A stretch of 48,215 nucleotides of DNA from a virus (Duplodnaviria > Caudoviricetes). The notes under the pieces are model-generated. The model saw only the letters and a list, made by a program, of their open reading frames with translations, did no database searches and had not been told where the DNA came from. Location: positions 1 through 48,215 of IMG/VR virus record IMGVR_UViG_3300038393_000577. One strand, written 5' to 3'. Of the stretch, positions 8,072 through 15,976 are shown one piece after another. A program made the position numbers and the translations under genes. The number at the start of each line of letters is the position of its first letter. Position 1 is the stretch's first letter.

Positions 8072-8093
8072 AAAAAAGCCCTCCGAAGAGGGC
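8072..8093 (-). terminator. Rho-independent terminator ending the first early operon
   Basis: GCCCTC-TTCG-GAGGGC-TTTTTT. Confidence 0.9.
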
Positions 8094-8131
8094 CAGGAGA
8101 CTTTCCTTTCTACTGGAAGCTCCTTTCTGGT

Positions 8132-8368
8132 TCATCTTTTCTCCTTCAATTCCTCAGCCTCTCGTTCCAATTGCCTTCTGCTTTCCTCCAGACCTTTTCG
8201 ATTCGTCTCCTTCCCGCACTCAACGGCTATCTTCTGAGCCAATTCCCAGACTTGTTCCCATGTCATCTGAATCTGATGATAGGTGCCCCGTGTATCAGGC
8301 AAGCCCAAATGAACCTGCTCATCGTCAATCCGCTCGACGACCATTCCGAAGCTATCATGCAGTGCCAT
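8132..8368 (-). CDS. Hypothetical early protein
   Basis: AGGAGGAGAGAGG SD region. Confidence 0.8.
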   Translation of the reverse strand: MALHDSFGMVVERIDDEQVHLGLPDTRGTYHQIQMTWEQVWELAQKIAVECGKETNRKGLEESRRQLEREAEELKEKR

Positions 8369-8392
8369 TTCCTCTCTCCTCCTTTTCAGTTC

Positions 8393-8575
8393 TTACAATT
8401 CAATCTGATCGTTCGGATTGTGCTGCTCTTTATGCCAGATAAATGCCTCCAGCATGGCCTGTAATTTCTTAGCCTCTTCCAATGAAAGCCTTACATCTGA
8501 CACCACACCTTTATCATCAGTGAACATCATATGTGCTGATTGTTCCCCGCTGTAGAAGTAAGTAACTTTGTCCAT
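8393..8575 (-). CDS. Hypothetical early protein
   Basis: AAGGAG SD; preceded by RNA module copy B. Confidence 0.8.
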   Translation of the reverse strand: MDKVTYFYSGEQSAHMMFTDDKGVVSDVRLSLEEAKKLQAMLEAFIWHKEQHNPNDQIEL

Positions 8576-8591
8576 CTCTTCTCCTTTGAAT

Positions 8592-8652
8592 CGGCAGGAT
8601 TGCCGTCACAGGAGACTCAGACTAATTCCTGAATCCCCTGTGGCTATATCCT
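8592..8652 (-). ncRNA. Intercistronic two-hairpin/pseudoknot module, copy B
   Basis: AGGATA; CACAGGGGATTCAG/CTGAGTCTCCTGTG stem; CGGC-AATCCT-GCCG. Confidence 0.65.
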
Positions 8653-8654
8653 AC

Positions 8655-8822
8655 TTATACCTCATCAAGCTGCTGCCGAAAATTCCCGAGCGCCATAACC
8701 ATCACGCACTCTTCATCCCGCAGCACCGTCCCATCAGCTATATCCTTAGCCTCCGAATCCGTATCGACTGTAGCCAACCAGATCAATGCGCCGCCGACTT
8801 CCGACTTAAAGACTCCGTACAT
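8655..8822 (-). CDS. Hypothetical early protein
   Basis: AAGGAGG SD before ATG 8822. Confidence 0.75.
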   Translation of the reverse strand: MYGVFKSEVGGALIWLATVDTDSEAKDIADGTVLRDEECVMVMALGNFRQQLDEV

Positions 8823-8844
8823 ATTTTCTTCCTCCTTATCAACT

Positions 8845-8902
8845 GGACAGGATTGTCCCGCCAAGACACTAGACCTCAGGCCTAATGCCTTGGAAGAATC
8901 CC
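8845..8902 (-). ncRNA. Intercistronic two-hairpin/pseudoknot module, copy C
   Basis: GGGATT; CCAAGGCATTAGGCC/GGTCTAGTGTCTTGG stem; GGAC-AATCCT-GTCC. Confidence 0.65.
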
Positions 8903-8906
8903 CTAT

Positions 8907-9053
8907 CTATTCATTATACGTTACTTGAAAGTTAACTTTCTGCTCCGCGAAACAGACCACGAATCTAACGAACGCCTGCTTATCTTGAGGCCAGTTGAAT
9001 GTAGCATGTTCCGGTTCACCTGTATCATCATGCCACGAGACAATTATCTGCAT
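8907..9053 (-). CDS. Small hypothetical protein, 48 aa (not in the ORF track)
   Basis: MQIIVSWHDDTGEPEHATFNWPQDKQAFVRFVVCFAEQKVNFQVTYNE; fills the gap up to module C. Confidence 0.65.
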   Translation of the reverse strand: MQIIVSWHDDTGEPEHATFNWPQDKQAFVRFVVCFAEQKVNFQVTYNE

Positions 9054-9061
9054 CTCGTCCA

Positions 9062-9589
9062 TTAGGCTACTTCCTCGTCCAATTGATCTGTTTCCAGCTC
9101 CAGATCAATATCATCCACAGTCATATTGCCCTTAGCCTCTTTCTTCAGGCGCTTGGATTTGATCTCCGCCATTTCCGCAGCGATTGCCTTATTACTGATC
9201 CAAGATTTTCTCTTGTCCTGATTAGCCTTTTCGACCGCAGCCCGGACGACTTCCGCAGGCACTTTCTTCAGCTTACTCAACGCCTCGATCAAATCCTCGA
9301 TCTGTTGCTTATTCCCTGCTTCCCGGCCCTTGGTCCATTCCTTCTGAGCCAATTGAGCCTTCAGCTCCGTCAACGCCTCCAGCGCCTTGCCATATTCTTT
9401 ACCTTTCGACAAGTTCGCGCAGGCATCGCCCAATCTTTGACTGATCCCATGCAGGGCAGCCCGTTCCCAATTCTCAGGACTGACATCAGACTTATTAACT
9501 ACTACCTGTTGCCCATTGCCTAATGTGAACGTAACCTTATCCCCGTTGATTTCCTTGTCTAGAAAGGGAACCTTTTTCTCGTCGCTCAT
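9062..9589 (-). CDS. Hypothetical protein, paralog of 1993..2547
   Basis: AAGGAG SD; collinear similarity to 1993..2547 including DIDLELE. Confidence 0.9.
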   Translation of the reverse strand: MSDEKKVPFLDKEINGDKVTFTLGNGQQVVVNKSDVSPENWERAALHGISQRLGDACANLSKGKEYGKALEALTELKAQLAQKEWTKGREAGNKQQIEDLIEALSKLKKVPAEVVRAAVEKANQDKRKSWISNKAIAAEMAEIKSKRLKKEAKGNMTVDDIDLELETDQLDEEVA

Positions 9590-9616
9590 TTCTTTTCTCC
9601 TTTGAACTTGAAATAT

Positions 9617-9669
9617 GGGCAGGATTGCCCCAGATAGGCACTGTCGCCAATACCTATCGAGAGTTTCCT
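9617..9669 (-). ncRNA. Intercistronic two-hairpin/pseudoknot module, copy D
   Basis: AGGAAA; GATAGGTATTG-GCGA-CAGTGCCTATC; GGGC-AATCCT-GCCC. Confidence 0.65.
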
Positions 9670-9823
9670 ACTCACTCACATAATTTACTTTGAAATCATA
9701 GTGTCTGTCCATTAGCTCTTTAATATAATCATCAGCCAATTTCCTATCCACTGGCGATGTATTATACTTCGTAACCAATGCCTCTCCGTTAATCCACCGA
9801 GTGATTACTATCGTATTTACCAT
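9668..9823 (-). CDS. Small hypothetical protein, 51 aa, first early gene (not in the ORF track)
   Basis: GGGAGG SD; MVNTIVITRWINGEALVTKYN...DFKVNYVSE. Confidence 0.7.
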   Translation of the reverse strand: MVNTIVITRWINGEALVTKYNTSPVDRKLADDYIKELMDRHYDFKVNYVSE

Positions 9824-9844
9824 TTCCTGCCTCCCTTGTCCACT

Positions 9845-9913
9845 GGTCGAAATTGACCGGAAGGAGGACTCGCCACCTAATTACTACCGCAAGTCCCCTA
9901 TCCATTCAATTCC
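9845..9913 (-). ncRNA. Two-hairpin/pseudoknot module, copy E
   Basis: GGAATT; GGGGACTTGC/GCGAGTCCTC stem; GGTC-AATTTC-GACC. Confidence 0.6.
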
Positions 9914-9939
9914 AAAGGAGGAGAAAAGATGAATCCACA

Positions 9940-9951
9940 TTTTTAAAGAAC
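9940..9951 (-). promoter_or_regulatory. boxA-like antitermination element
   Basis: GTTCTTTAAAAA versus rrn boxA GCTCTTTAACAA, in a structured leader. Confidence 0.55.
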
Positions 9952-10070
9952 GGGGCTAGGCTCGCTGAGGCATAACGTGTACCTGATGCCCCCCGCGTAC
10001 TTCGTGCCCCGAGACCCTCGCAAGGTGCCTCGTTCACCGATGGATACGTTCAACTGCATCCATGTGAATC

Positions 10071-10098
10071 ATTATACACCAGCCCGCGAGGATTGCAA
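10071..10098 (-). promoter_or_regulatory. Sigma70-type early promoter
   Basis: TTGCAA-N16-TATAAT at the strand-switch point. Confidence 0.7.
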
Positions 10099-10371
10099 GC
10101 TGAAAATTCCGCCTCGTAACCCGTTGATTTCATTCAGTTTTCTGGTTCCTAGATACCCCCGAGGGGTATACCGGCCCCCCTCCCACACGTCATGGCTAGC
10201 CAGGGGGGATGACCTCTCGCCGGACTACAGGTAATCAGGGAGTTAATGTAGCTATAATCTCTCATCAGCTCTCACTTCGCATTAGCCAGTTTCGCAGGAA
10301 TCAGATAATAAGGAACCAGATTATAGACAGGAGGAATTGAGGAATGGAACTAGGAACTAGGGGGCAGGCTG

Positions 10372-10887
10372 ATGGCTGAGCTCAAGAGGATAAGCTTCAC
10401 CCACGAGGCCTTCGCGAATTGGCTGATCGAGAATCCGCACCGGAATCTGCGGGACGCGGCGGAGTACTTTGGCTACACCCAGGCGTGGCTTTCACAGATA
10501 CTTCACTCGGATGCCTTTCAGGAGGTGCTGAAGAAAAAACAGGCGCTGGTCTCGGCGGTGATCATTGCCGATCTCCCGGCGAAACTTCGAGGAGTCGCGG
10601 ACGTGGCCCTGACGAAGCTCGGGGAGAAGATAGAGAAATCCGAAGACCCGGACTTCCTCCTGGACGCTACGGATAAGCTTCTGCACCGGATGGGCTATGC
10701 GCCATCTTCAGCCCGGAATCCCGGGGCGATTACTATACAGAATAACACTGTCAATCAGACTATTGCAGTGCCTCAGGAAGCACTCGCCACAGCCCGGAAC
10801 GCACTCCTCGCGAAGGCGCAGATTCCAGCCGCGCTCCCGCAGACAATTGAGGCGGAGGTTATTCCTGCTGGAGAAGGGAATCCCTGA
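10372..10887 (+). CDS. Probable terminase small subunit
   Basis: N-terminal HTH (LRDAAEYFGYTQAWLSQI), helical core, position upstream of TerL. Confidence 0.6.
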   Translation: MAELKRISFTHEAFANWLIENPHRNLRDAAEYFGYTQAWLSQILHSDAFQEVLKKKQALVSAVIIADLPAKLRGVADVALTKLGEKIEKSEDPDFLLDATDKLLHRMGYAPSSARNPGAITIQNNTVNQTIAVPQEALATARNALLAKAQIPAALPQTIEAEVIPAGEGNP

Positions 10888-11384
10888 TGACTCCCCCGAG
10901 CCACTTCACGCCAGCCGGGGAGGTCACCTACGCGAGACTCATGCTGACTGATCCCCCGTTCCTGAGGAAGAAGAAATATACTGGCCGGAGGGCCGCCGGC
11001 GTCCGCTATGAGAAGAAGGTGCACGAGCATCTCTTGTTCCTCTATCCAGATACTTATGTGCCTGGCCCTTGGATATACTTTCGCGCGAATGGCTCCTCGC
11101 AACATCGCTGGTGTCAGCCCGATGGACTTATCTTCGACGTTCCCCGAGGAATCATTACCTGCGTGGAGGTCAAGTACAGTCATACGTCTGACGCATGGTG
11201 GCAGGTGAAGAAGCTATACCTCCCAGTCCTGCGGAAGATCTTCCCCGAGGATCTCTGGAGGTTACAGGTCTGCGAAGTAGTCAAGTGGTACGATCCGGCG
11301 ACTTTCTTTCCCGAGCCTACCCGGATGACTGTAGACATAACTCACCCGACAGATAAGTTCAAGGTGCACATATGGCGGCCCTGA
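10887..11384 (+). CDS. PD-(D/E)xK nuclease
   Basis: QPDGLI...VEVK motif. Confidence 0.75.
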   Translation: MTPPSHFTPAGEVTYARLMLTDPPFLRKKKYTGRRAAGVRYEKKVHEHLLFLYPDTYVPGPWIYFRANGSSQHRWCQPDGLIFDVPRGIITCVEVKYSHTSDAWWQVKKLYLPVLRKIFPEDLWRLQVCEVVKWYDPATFFPEPTRMTVDITHPTDKFKVHIWRP

Positions 11385-12826
11385 TAGATGTTCCTCCGGC
11401 AGAGCTAGTTCAACTCTGCGCGGTGGATAACAGGCTATATGAACGAACCTTCTTCTCGAAGACCGTCCGACAAGCAGCTCCTGAATTTCACTACGAGATA
11501 GATGCCGCGCTGGAATCAGACGCCAGGTATGTAGCTTTGATGATCCACCGGGATGGAGCTAAGACCTCGAAGTTCCGTATGTTCGTCTCGAAGCGGATTG
11601 CCTACGGGCTGACGCACACCGGGCTGCTAGTCTCCAATTCCCAGTCCCATTCGATTAAGACTCTGGACTGGATCAAGCGCCAGATAGAATTTAACACTCT
11701 CTGGGCTAGCACTTTCCAGCTGCGGAAAGGAGGCCGCTGGACTAGCGAAGAGATTGAGATTATCCACGGCATAGACGAGTACCCGATCTATGTCCTGGCG
11801 CTGGGAATGACCGGGCAACTGCGAGGTTTCAACCTGAATGATCGCCGGCCAGACTTTATAGGAGCTGACGATATAGATAATGAGGAGACCGCGGGCTCTA
11901 TTGAGCAGAAGAAAAAATCCAATGATCTGTTCTTCGGGGCACTCGCCAAGTCACTGGCTCCAGCCTCCGAAGCTCCTCACGCAAAGATGGTGCTGATGCA
12001 GACGCCTATTGCCTACGGAGATGTAATAGACACTTGCCGGAAAGACCCGCAGTGGCTGACACTCAAGTTCGGATGCTTCGATGAGCGCGGGAATAGCCGC
12101 TGGCCCGAGCGATATCCGACAGAGGTTCTGCTCGCTGATAAGAAGGCTCACATAGACCGCGGGCAATTAGCTCTGTGGATGCGCGAGAAGGAGTGCGAGA
12201 TAGTCCCCGAGGGGGGCGCCTCATTCAAGCCGGACAATTTGAAGTACTTTGAACTTCTCCCGGAGAATCCTATTTATCTGGTAGCGATTGATCCGGCCAG
12301 TAGCGAGTCCAAAACCGCCGACGATCAGGTAGCTATGCTGTTGGCTTTCTGGAAGCGGAACATTTACGTAGTGGACTACACTGCGGAGAAAGGGGAGCTT
12401 CCCGAGGTCATCGCGAACACTATAATCCAGTGGAGCTTCCAATATACTCTCCTCGGCATCTGGGTGGAGACTATTGGCTACCAGCGAGTACTGAAGACGT
12501 TCCTCGAGCAGGCTATGGCGAAGGCCCGGAGGTACGTAGCTGTCCACGCGGTGCAGGATAGACGCAAAAAGTCTGACCGAATTATCCAGGCGATAGGCAA
12601 TGCCTCAGCCCTCGGGAGACTATTCATCCGGACTACGCAGACAAAGCTCATCCAGCAGTACACGAGCTACTCCCCGCTGTCTAGAGAGCACGATGATGTT
12701 CTTGATGCTGTCGCGATGGGGATTGAAGCTGGCGAACAGATGCAGATCAATGATTGGCTTGAAGGCGAGTACGAGACTATTAACGAACCATCCCTGAAGA
12801 AACTGGAGTTTAGATCATGCCCCTGA
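11372..12826 (+). CDS. terL: Terminase large subunit
   Basis: HRDGAKTS Walker A-like, LRG..RPD, ADDID Walker B, AIDPA nuclease motif, HDDVLDA. Confidence 0.95.
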   Translation: MAALIDVPPAELVQLCAVDNRLYERTFFSKTVRQAAPEFHYEIDAALESDARYVALMIHRDGAKTSKFRMFVSKRIAYGLTHTGLLVSNSQSHSIKTLDWIKRQIEFNTLWASTFQLRKGGRWTSEEIEIIHGIDEYPIYVLALGMTGQLRGFNLNDRRPDFIGADDIDNEETAGSIEQKKKSNDLFFGALAKSLAPASEAPHAKMVLMQTPIAYGDVIDTCRKDPQWLTLKFGCFDERGNSRWPERYPTEVLLADKKAHIDRGQLALWMREKECEIVPEGGASFKPDNLKYFELLPENPIYLVAIDPASSESKTADDQVAMLLAFWKRNIYVVDYTAEKGELPEVIANTIIQWSFQYTLLGIWVETIGYQRVLKTFLEQAMAKARRYVAVHAVQDRRKKSDRIIQAIGNASALGRLFIRTTQTKLIQQYTSYSPLSREHDDVLDAVAMGIEAGEQMQINDWLEGEYETINEPSLKKLEFRSCP

Positions 12827-14730
12827 TGGAGATACCTTTTGGCAGTAAGCAGCATACGCAACTTATCTCCGCTTTTCGCGAGAGACTGAAGATCGCCCGG
12901 AGCGGCCTCAATATGCGCTCGGATAAATGGAGCGAGAATGAGGATATGCTCAAGGCGTATGTCCCGGCGAGTGAGAATGATGAGCTAAGGAAAGTATCCC
13001 GACGCTCAGGTCAGCCGCAATACACGACTATAGAAGTGCCCTATAGCTACGCGATGATGCTGACCTTACACACGTATCTGGCGTCTATCTTCCTGTCCCG
13101 TACCCCGATCATGCAAGTAACTGGTCGTCACGGCGAGAGTCAGCAGGCAGAGCAATGTATCGAGGCGTTACTAGACTATCAGCTGACCGCCGGGGGAGGC
13201 ATTCCCGCTCTCTATGTCTGGTTACTAGATCCCCTCCGCTACGGTCACGGAGTCATCGGACATTACTGGGATGAGGAGCTGATCACCACGACTCAGATCA
13301 CGGAGCAGCCGAAGACTTTTCTCGGAGCGCCTATCCCCGGAACTAAGGAAAAGGTTCGCCAGACTATTCAAACTCGGGGCTATGTAGGCGCTAGGCTCTA
13401 CAACGTCAGGCCTCAAGACTTCCTCTTTGACCCGCGCGTTCCGCTGATGAAATTCCAAGATGGAGAATTTGTCATCAGGTTCAATCAGCTCGGCTGGAAT
13501 AAGATTATCGAGGGGAAGAACGCCGGGCGCTATTTCAATGTCGATAAGGCGAAGGAAGCGGTCACGCACTATGGCAAGGATCGCGACCTGGGCTCCTCCC
13601 GGACAATGCTCCCAGACAATGGGTGGTTAGATACTGCCCTCCGGATGGACAACGGGACAGCCCCGACAAGGGTCAGCCTTCACGAGTTCTACTTCGAACT
13701 GATTCCTAGCGAATATGGCCTATCCTCTGGAGTCAATCCCGAGCGCTGGGTATTTACTATAGTCAACGAGCAGATAATCATCGGGGCGCAGCCTCTGGGA
13801 CTCTTCTCGAACAAGTGGCCCTTCGATGTACTCGAATACGAGATCGGCGGGTATGAACTGTTCAACAGGTCTGCCCTAGAAATCACGAAGAGTCTGAACG
13901 ACACTATTACTTGGCTGTTCAATTCTCACTTCTACAATGTGCGGAAGACATTGAACGATATGTTCGTTGTTGATCCGAGCAAAGTAGAAATGAGGGATAT
14001 GACTGACCCGAATCCCGGCAGACTCGTCCGGTTGAAGCCAGCGGCCTACGGCCAGCCAATTGATTCCTTCGTGAAGCAGTTTCAGACTGTAGACGTGACA
14101 CGGACCCACCTGGCTGATACGGAGGCGGTCTCCCAACTGATGCAAAGAGTCACCGGGGCGACTGATAACATCATGGGGCAGGTTAATTCCTCGGGTCGGA
14201 AAACAGCTACGGAAGTCCGGGGCTCTACCGAGTTCGGAGTCAGCCGGCTAAAGACTACCGCGGAATGGTGGAGTGCTAGTGGATTCGCTCCCCTTACTCA
14301 AAAGATGGTCCAGTTGACTCAGCAAATGTACGACATGGATAGGAAGTTCAAGATAGTAGGTGACCTGTCCCAGTGGGGTGAGCGCTATATGTCTGTCTCC
14401 CCGGAGCAGATAGCTGGCTTCTACGACTTCGTGCCAGTTGACGGGACTATGCCTGTTGACCGTTTCGCGCAGGCCAATCTCTGGCAGCAGATATTCTCCG
14501 GGCTATCCGCTATGCCGAACGTAATGGCCGCTTACGATATGCCCAAGATGTTTGCATTCGTAGCGCAGCTCGCGGGTCTGAAGAACATTACTCAGTTCCG
14601 AATCCAGCTCACTCCCGATGCCTTGATGCATCAGCAACTCGCGGCTGGTAACTCGGTGCCTGTCGACAGTATCGCTCCCGGCAATCCGAATGAGCCGGGG
14701 CAAATCCCTAACGTAGGAGCAACAGGATGA
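12817..14730 (+). CDS. Portal protein (podovirus type)
   Basis: 637 aa directly after TerL; KTATEV motif. Confidence 0.9.
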   Translation: MPLMEIPFGSKQHTQLISAFRERLKIARSGLNMRSDKWSENEDMLKAYVPASENDELRKVSRRSGQPQYTTIEVPYSYAMMLTLHTYLASIFLSRTPIMQVTGRHGESQQAEQCIEALLDYQLTAGGGIPALYVWLLDPLRYGHGVIGHYWDEELITTTQITEQPKTFLGAPIPGTKEKVRQTIQTRGYVGARLYNVRPQDFLFDPRVPLMKFQDGEFVIRFNQLGWNKIIEGKNAGRYFNVDKAKEAVTHYGKDRDLGSSRTMLPDNGWLDTALRMDNGTAPTRVSLHEFYFELIPSEYGLSSGVNPERWVFTIVNEQIIIGAQPLGLFSNKWPFDVLEYEIGGYELFNRSALEITKSLNDTITWLFNSHFYNVRKTLNDMFVVDPSKVEMRDMTDPNPGRLVRLKPAAYGQPIDSFVKQFQTVDVTRTHLADTEAVSQLMQRVTGATDNIMGQVNSSGRKTATEVRGSTEFGVSRLKTTAEWWSASGFAPLTQKMVQLTQQMYDMDRKFKIVGDLSQWGERYMSVSPEQIAGFYDFVPVDGTMPVDRFAQANLWQQIFSGLSAMPNVMAAYDMPKMFAFVAQLAGLKNITQFRIQLTPDALMHQQLAAGNSVPVDSIAPGNPNEPGQIPNVGATG

Positions 14731-15038
14731 CCTCACCACTTGATTCCCATTCCCTGATTGAACAGAAGAAGGCACTGGAGGAACTGGCCTCTGATCGAGC
14801 ATTCCTCCACCTAAATTCTCTTGTCCAGGCCCAGGTAGATGCACTTCAGCAAGAAATCTTATTTAGCCCGTGCTCGAACGTTGACAGCTTAGTCTCCCAG
14901 GAGTATAAAAAAGGCCAGCTGGAAGGGCGATTGTCTTGGGCGCGAGTTCTCGAGACAGCTATCGCAAATTTAACTTTAGACATTCAGTATAAGCAGGAGG
15001 AAGAGGAAAATGGCGGATCAGATGATAGAACTCCCTGA
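14727..15038 (+). CDS. Small head-associated protein
   Basis: Between portal and scaffold; helical; EYKKGQLEG. Confidence 0.7.
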   Translation: MTSPLDSHSLIEQKKALEELASDRAFLHLNSLVQAQVDALQQEILFSPCSNVDSLVSQEYKKGQLEGRLSWARVLETAIANLTLDIQYKQEEEENGGSDDRTP

Positions 15039-15957
15039 GCCAATCGCGGCGGAAGCTGCCCCCGTATCGGGAGACGATTCCGGTATTAACTGGGATGATT
15101 TCGCAGGATCGCAGGGCGCTGACGACAACGGCGACGATGTTACTGTAGAAGGTGACTCCGTTGTCCTGAATGTCGCTCCTCCCGCGGAAGTATCTCAGCC
15201 AGCCCCTACGCAGGTGCCTCAGCAAGAGACGACAACTATTCATGCTGAATCCCTACCGACTCAAGCTGCTCTCGCACCTGCCCCCGTTACGCAGACTCCC
15301 CAGGCTGTAGCCCCTTCCCCTACAGCGCCTGCTACCGCCCCTTCTTCGGTAGTCCCTGCGGAGTCTGCACCTACACTGCCGACAGTCCCGGTCACCCCGA
15401 CTCTGGACTACGGCGCAATCGAGGCGGAGCAACTAGCTCAATTAGAAAAGGTCTACGGCATTTCTGAAGAAGATGCCCAGAAGCTGCAGACCGAACCGGA
15501 GCTAGTCCTACCGAAGCTCGCCGCGAACATGCACGTAGCTATTACCAAAAGTGCTATGGCTGCCCTGCAATCTATGCTCCCGCAGATGCTCGTCCAGCAC
15601 CAGCAAATGGCCACGGTCGAGCAACAGGCCCGGAATGATTTCTTCACCGCGAACCCTGACCTCAAGGGGCATGAGGAGGCAATTCTTAAGGTCGGGCAAA
15701 TGTTCCGCGCAGCAAATCCGACAGCTACGAAAGATCAAGCTGTCAAGATGATCGGAGATATGGTCAGGATGTCTCTCGGTCTTCCTCTTCAGGTGCAGCA
15801 ACAACAGACGCAGCAACAAGTGTCTGCCCCTGCTACACCTGTCCAGTCTACTCCTAGCCCGGCACAGATAATGCCGTTTACCCCCTCAAGAGCGGGTGGC
15901 GGAGGAGCACAGATTCAATCACCTACAATATGGGATCAATTAATATCTGATGACTGA
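15010..15957 (+). CDS. Probable capsid scaffolding protein
   Basis: Acidic and Pro/Ala-rich N-half, helical C-half, immediately before the capsid gene. Confidence 0.75.
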   Translation: MADQMIELPEPIAAEAAPVSGDDSGINWDDFAGSQGADDNGDDVTVEGDSVVLNVAPPAEVSQPAPTQVPQQETTTIHAESLPTQAALAPAPVTQTPQAVAPSPTAPATAPSSVVPAESAPTLPTVPVTPTLDYGAIEAEQLAQLEKVYGISEEDAQKLQTEPELVLPKLAANMHVAITKSAMAALQSMLPQMLVQHQQMATVEQQARNDFFTANPDLKGHEEAILKVGQMFRAANPTATKDQAVKMIGDMVRMSLGLPLQVQQQQTQQQVSAPATPVQSTPSPAQIMPFTPSRAGGGGAQIQSPTIWDQLISDD

Positions 15958-15976
15958 ATCTTAGGAGTAATACCAA

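Noticed and set aside
10140-10210. Packaging (pac/cos) site in G/C-run palindromes upstream of the putative terS
   Set aside because: The position is plausible, but sequence alone cannot support it; read-terminus data are needed
10255-10300. Hammerhead ribozyme (CTGATGA and GAAAC on the minus strand)
   Set aside because: Stems I and III cannot form and there is no correctly placed NUH cleavage triplet
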